A stretch of 64,000 nt of DNA from Candidatus Bathyarchaeota archaeon (GTDB lineage Archaea; Thermoproteota; Bathyarchaeia; TCS64). The stretch spans positions 135,988-199,987 of the forward strand of contig CAWACK010000008.1 in NCBI GenBank assembly GCA_963780545.1. The letters run 5' to 3'. A program made the translations under genes and the position numbers. Shown here in pieces: positions 60,285-64,000 of this stretch; positions within the stretch are counted from its first letter, which is position 1; each line of letters starts with the position of its first letter. Below the pieces are notes generated by a model. That model was given only the letters and a program-made list of their open reading frames with translations, had not been told where the DNA came from and ran no database searches.

Positions 60285-61679
60285 GTGTCAATGTTTGATG
60301 ATATCCCTGTCGGTGTAGGGATCATTTACGAAGGTGAGCGTATCAGGGGAAAGGAGATGCAGTTTGAACTTGGGGGACCGAGGGAACCCTATAAGTTCGA
60401 ACTCGTACAGGCGCGTAAGATGGATGAAATAAATGATGAAAACATCGAGATAATCGGAAAAGACCTTTCTGACCTGGAGGTTGGGCAGAACTACCCGTTA
60501 GGGATATTGATCGAGGTCGCTGGTAAGGAGATCGAAAAGGATCTTGAGGGGGTCATCGAGAGACGCATACATGAGTATGTTAACTTCATAGAGGGTTTCA
60601 TGCATCTCAACCAGCGCTATGATATTCAGCTTCGCCTTAGTAAAAAATCCTATGAGCGTGGCTTCAATACACTGAAGCTTCTCGGCACGGTCTTGATACG
60701 CCTATACAAGAGTGAGATGCCCTTCATCGAGAAGATACAAATTAAATTTGTTACGGATCCCGCGGTTGTCAAGGACATGTGGGAGAAGGCGATGAAGATC
60801 TACGAGGAGAGAGATGCCAGGGCACGCGGAATGAAGGACGATGATGTTGACGTATTCTATGGATGTAGTCTATGCCAATCTTTTGCCCCTACGCATCTCT
60901 GTGTAATCACTCCTCAACGTTATGCAAACTGTGGAGCAATAAGCTGGTTTGACGGGAGGGCTACGGCTAAGGTTGATCCGAAGGGACCTGTGTTTGAAAT
61001 TACAAAGGGAAACAAGATCGATGATCTCAGGGGAGAGTACGAAGGCGTAAACAAGGTCATAAAGGAGAAGAGCCTAGGGGAGATAGAGCGAGTCTACCTT
61101 TACACCGCCTTCGGCTACCCTCATACTAGCTGTGGCTGCTTCGAAGGAGTTGCGTTCTATATTCCGGAAGTCGATGGCTTCGGCGTTGTCCACCGTAACT
61201 ACAAGGGGGACACGGTCAATGGCCTCTCTTTCGTCACGATATCCGATCTTACGGCAGGGGGCAGACAAGTTGACGGCTTCCACGGTCTATCCCTAGAGTA
61301 CATGAGGAGCCCCCGCTTCCTACAGGCCGATGGTGGGTGGAACAGGGTCGTCTGGATGCCTGCAGAAATCAAGGAGAGATTAAAGGAATACATGCCACCT
61401 GAAATCGTTCCAAAGATTCCAACCGAGAACGATGTAAATACCTTAGATGATCTAAAAACATTCCTCAAGGAGAAGGATCACCCTATCGTGAAGACTTGGG
61501 TAGATGCCACTAAGGAGGTCGAGCGCCAGAGTGAAGGGGAGATGACCGTACCAGCACTAGAGGTACCCGCCGAATACTTCCCTGTACAAGGATTGCCAAG
61601 TGGCATGAGCTTCAAGATAATTCTGAAAAACGCCAAGATCAAAGCCGAAAAGATGATTATAAAGGCAGAGAAAAGGTGA
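60285..61679 (+). CDS. cdhC: ACDS beta subunit (acetyl-CoA synthase, A-cluster)
   Basis: CSLCQSFAPTHLC and CGCFE A-cluster cysteines. Confidence 0.9.
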   Translation: MSMFDDIPVGVGIIYEGERIRGKEMQFELGGPREPYKFELVQARKMDEINDENIEIIGKDLSDLEVGQNYPLGILIEVAGKEIEKDLEGVIERRIHEYVNFIEGFMHLNQRYDIQLRLSKKSYERGFNTLKLLGTVLIRLYKSEMPFIEKIQIKFVTDPAVVKDMWEKAMKIYEERDARARGMKDDDVDVFYGCSLCQSFAPTHLCVITPQRYANCGAISWFDGRATAKVDPKGPVFEITKGNKIDDLRGEYEGVNKVIKEKSLGEIERVYLYTAFGYPHTSCGCFEGVAFYIPEVDGFGVVHRNYKGDTVNGLSFVTISDLTAGGRQVDGFHGLSLEYMRSPRFLQADGGWNRVVWMPAEIKERLKEYMPPEIVPKIPTENDVNTLDDLKTFLKEKDHPIVKTWVDATKEVERQSEGEMTVPALEVPAEYFPVQGLPSGMSFKIILKNAKIKAEKMIIKAEKR

Positions 61680-61685
61680 CAACGT

Positions 61686-62888
61686 TTGGCCATTAAAAAG
61701 AAAAACGAAACCCTTCCAATAAGCCTAGACATCCTTGAAGCCCTCGCCAAGTTCCAAGAGATCGAGCTGAGCGACGTTGAGATATCTTTTGATGAGTTGG
61801 AGGTCAGTCTTACACCTGGCGCACTCATGGGTGCACCTCGACCTAAAGCACTACCTATCACAAGGCAAAAGCCAACCTCTCTCATAGAAGCTAAGGTAGA
61901 TATACCCATCAAGGATTACCCCGGCAAAATTGTAGAGGTTAAGCTTGGGGCCACTAGAACTGAGGGTGGTACACGTGGAAAATCGGTTGTTATCGGGGGG
62001 GAGTCCGTCCCCGCATACTATAACTTTCAACAGCTACCGCCACACAAACCTGTAGTAGCATTCGACGTGTTCGACTGGCCTAAGGTTCCTCTGGCAAAGG
62101 CTGTAAAGGAGCACTACAAAGATGTCTTACACGATCCGGCTGAATGGGCCAAGCTCTGTGTAGAGAAGTACAATGCTGAGATGATCAACCTCCACTTCCT
62201 AACTATAGACCCTCTTATAGAAGACGCATCTCCAAGTGCAGCTGTGAAGGTTATCGAGAATGTCCTTCAAGCGGTTGATGTACCTATCGCCATCGGCGGG
62301 TGCGGTGATCCAAAGAAGGACCTTGCCGTGTTCACAGCCATCGCTGAGGCCACAAAGGGCGAAAGACTTCTCATAAACTCCATAACTTTAGATATGGACA
62401 TCGAAAAGTCAGCCAAGATAGTCAAGGACAACGACCATGTGGCGATCGCATTTACTAGCATGGATGTTAACAAAGCGAGAGAGCTCAACAGGAAACTCTA
62501 CGATTACCTCCCGAAGGACCGCATAGTTATGGATACAACGACTGCTGCACTAGGCTACGGTCTGGATTACGCTTTCACAGTCATGGAAAGGTGTCGACTT
62601 TCAGCCTTAAAGGGCGACATGGAGCTCAACCATCCCATGTCGTCTGGTTCAACAAACGCTTGGGCGGCGAGGGAGGCTTGGATGAAGATGGATGATCAAT
62701 GGACGCCGAGGGAACTCAGGGGACCCCTCTGGGAGACGATCACGGCGCAGACTCTACTACTGACAGGTGTCGACTACTTCATGATGATGCATCCAGCGGC
62801 TGCCAACGCAATGAGAGGCATCATTGACCGTCTCATGAGCGGAGGAAGCACGAAGGAGACCGTAGAATGGGTCTCGCTCAAGATCTAG
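61686..62888 (+). CDS. cdhD: ACDS delta subunit (corrinoid/Fe-S protein small subunit)
   Basis: TIM-barrel pterin/corrinoid-binding family. Position in operon. Confidence 0.85.
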   Translation: MAIKKKNETLPISLDILEALAKFQEIELSDVEISFDELEVSLTPGALMGAPRPKALPITRQKPTSLIEAKVDIPIKDYPGKIVEVKLGATRTEGGTRGKSVVIGGESVPAYYNFQQLPPHKPVVAFDVFDWPKVPLAKAVKEHYKDVLHDPAEWAKLCVEKYNAEMINLHFLTIDPLIEDASPSAAVKVIENVLQAVDVPIAIGGCGDPKKDLAVFTAIAEATKGERLLINSITLDMDIEKSAKIVKDNDHVAIAFTSMDVNKARELNRKLYDYLPKDRIVMDTTTAALGYGLDYAFTVMERCRLSALKGDMELNHPMSSGSTNAWAAREAWMKMDDQWTPRELRGPLWETITAQTLLLTGVDYFMMMHPAAANAMRGIIDRLMSGGSTKETVEWVSLKI

Positions 62889-64000
62889 GTGATTGATGTG
62901 CCAGCGAAAGAGCTTAGCCCGATAGAGATCTACAAGTACCTTCCCAAGACGAACTGCAAGGAATGTGGCGAGACGAACTGCATGGCCTTCGCAGCTAAGC
63001 TTGTGAACAGGGAGGCAGCACTTCAGGAGTGTTTACCCTTACTTGATCCGAAGCAGACGGAGACTTTTAGTAGGCTTTGGGGTTTGTTGAAACCCCCGGT
63101 TAAAGCTATCGAGATTGGTTCGGGGGATAAAAAGAGGAAAATCGGCGGAGAATACGTACTATACCGACACGAATTCACCTATTTTAACCCCACAGCAATA
63201 GCGATAGACGTCTCAGATGAGATGTCTGATGAAGAGGTTGAGATTCGAGTTAAGCTAGTAAACGAGCTTGTATATTTGTACATAGGGATGAAGCTTACTC
63301 TCGACATGGTCGCGATCAGATGTACATCCAACGACCCAGCGAAGTTCGAGGCGACCTCCAAGAAGGTAGCACAACTAACGGAAAAGCCTTTGATCCTGTG
63401 CGCCCTTGACCCTGCTGTGATGGAGCAGGGGTTAGCCGCGGTAGGTGACAAGAGGCCTCTGATCTACGCTGCAACTAAGAATAACTGGAAGGAAATGGCG
63501 GACCTAGCATTGATGTACAAGTGTCCACTTGTGGCTTCAAGTCCTCAGGATCTGAATACTTTGAAGTCATTGGCAGAGACCTTGAAGGAGTATGATGTCA
63601 AGGATATAGTTCTTGATCCGGGGACTCTCTGGGAAGGTGGTACATCTACGACGGTTGACGACCTCACGATTCTTAGACTTAAAGCGATCAATGAGGGGGA
63701 CGAAGATCTAGGGTATCCTCTGTTAGGGGCACCAATGGTTGCTTGGGCGGGGAAGGAGGAGGATCCCCTGGTCAAGGAATGGAACGAAGCGATGTTAGCA
63801 TCAGTACTTGTTACAAGGTATACAGACATCATGATCTTACACAGTGTCTCGGGTTGGTCTCTTCTCCCCCTAATCTTCCTGCGGCAGAACTTGTACACAG
63901 ATCCTAGAAAACCCGTTGCCGTTGAGGCTGGATTGAAGTCTTTCGGTGATGTCAATGATATGTCACCGGTTTTCCTTACAACAAACTTTGCGCTAACATA
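62889..64000 (+). CDS. cdhE: ACDS gamma subunit (corrinoid/Fe-S protein large subunit), 3' end outside window
   Basis: GTG start. N-terminal 4Fe-4S motif YKYLPKTNCKECGETNCMAFAAKL. Continues to the window end. Confidence 0.85.
   Translation, partial: MIDVPAKELSPIEIYKYLPKTNCKECGETNCMAFAAKLVNREAALQECLPLLDPKQTETFSRLWGLLKPPVKAIEIGSGDKKRKIGGEYVLYRHEFTYFNPTAIAIDVSDEMSDEEVEIRVKLVNELVYLYIGMKLTLDMVAIRCTSNDPAKFEATSKKVAQLTEKPLILCALDPAVMEQGLAAVGDKRPLIYAATKNNWKEMADLALMYKCPLVASSPQDLNTLKSLAETLKEYDVKDIVLDPGTLWEGGTSTTVDDLTILRLKAINEGDEDLGYPLLGAPMVAWAGKEEDPLVKEWNEAMLASVLVTRYTDIMILHSVSGWSLLPLIFLRQNLYTDPRKPVAVEAGLKSFGDVNDMSPVFLTTNFALT

Noticed and set aside
1-64000. The in-frame stop and frameshifts as evidence for an alternative genetic code or programmed recoding.
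   Set aside because: TAA, TAG and TGA each terminate well-conserved genes at the expected positions (e.g. nfo TAA, rpl23 TAG, rpl3 TGA). All frameshifts sit at homopolymer runs, which favours sequencing error or simple decay.
1-64000. CRISPR arrays, IS elements, integrases.
   Set aside because: No direct-repeat/spacer periodicity, terminal inverted repeats or transposase/integrase-like ORFs were seen anywhere in the window.

Overview
This is an archaeal chromosomal segment, and most of it is core genome. The first ~37 kb holds an AP endonuclease IV 3' end, tRNA-Thr(GGU), a class I LysRS, HflX, endonuclease III, and a large ribosomal-protein operon (uL3-uL4-uL23-uL2-uS19-uL22-uS3-uL29/Rnp1-uS17-uL14-uL24-eS4-uL5-uS14-uS8-uL6-eL32-eL19-uL18-uS5-uL30-uL15-SecY). 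Downstream are HisRS, a tRNA-splicing endonuclease, NucS/EndoMS, a kbl-tdh threonine-catabolism pair, an M16 peptidase, TrmB, a large radical SAM protein and IlvD. The second half (40-64 kb) is a C1/Wood-Ljungdahl-type region. It contains a tetrahydromethanopterin-biosynthesis cluster (CitG-like, nucleotidyltransferase, DUF447-like, beta-RFAP synthase MptG, DHPS-like, CofE-like), two CooC-type Ni-insertion ATPases, a RACo-type corrinoid activator and an Mvh-type NiFe hydrogenase. A metF-fdx-mvhD-metV operon and cdhABCDE (acetyl-CoA decarbonylase/synthase, last gene truncated by the window end) follow. The main oddities are listed next. Several genes are broken by single-nucleotide frameshifts at homopolymers, and one by an in-frame TAA. 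uL29 runs into RNase P Rpp29 with no stop codon between them. A 227-bp extremely AT-rich spacer splits the ribosomal operon. The MetFV genes are co-located with MvhD/ferredoxin/Mvh hydrogenase, with no HdrA or Mer in this window. No CRISPR array or obvious mobile element was seen.
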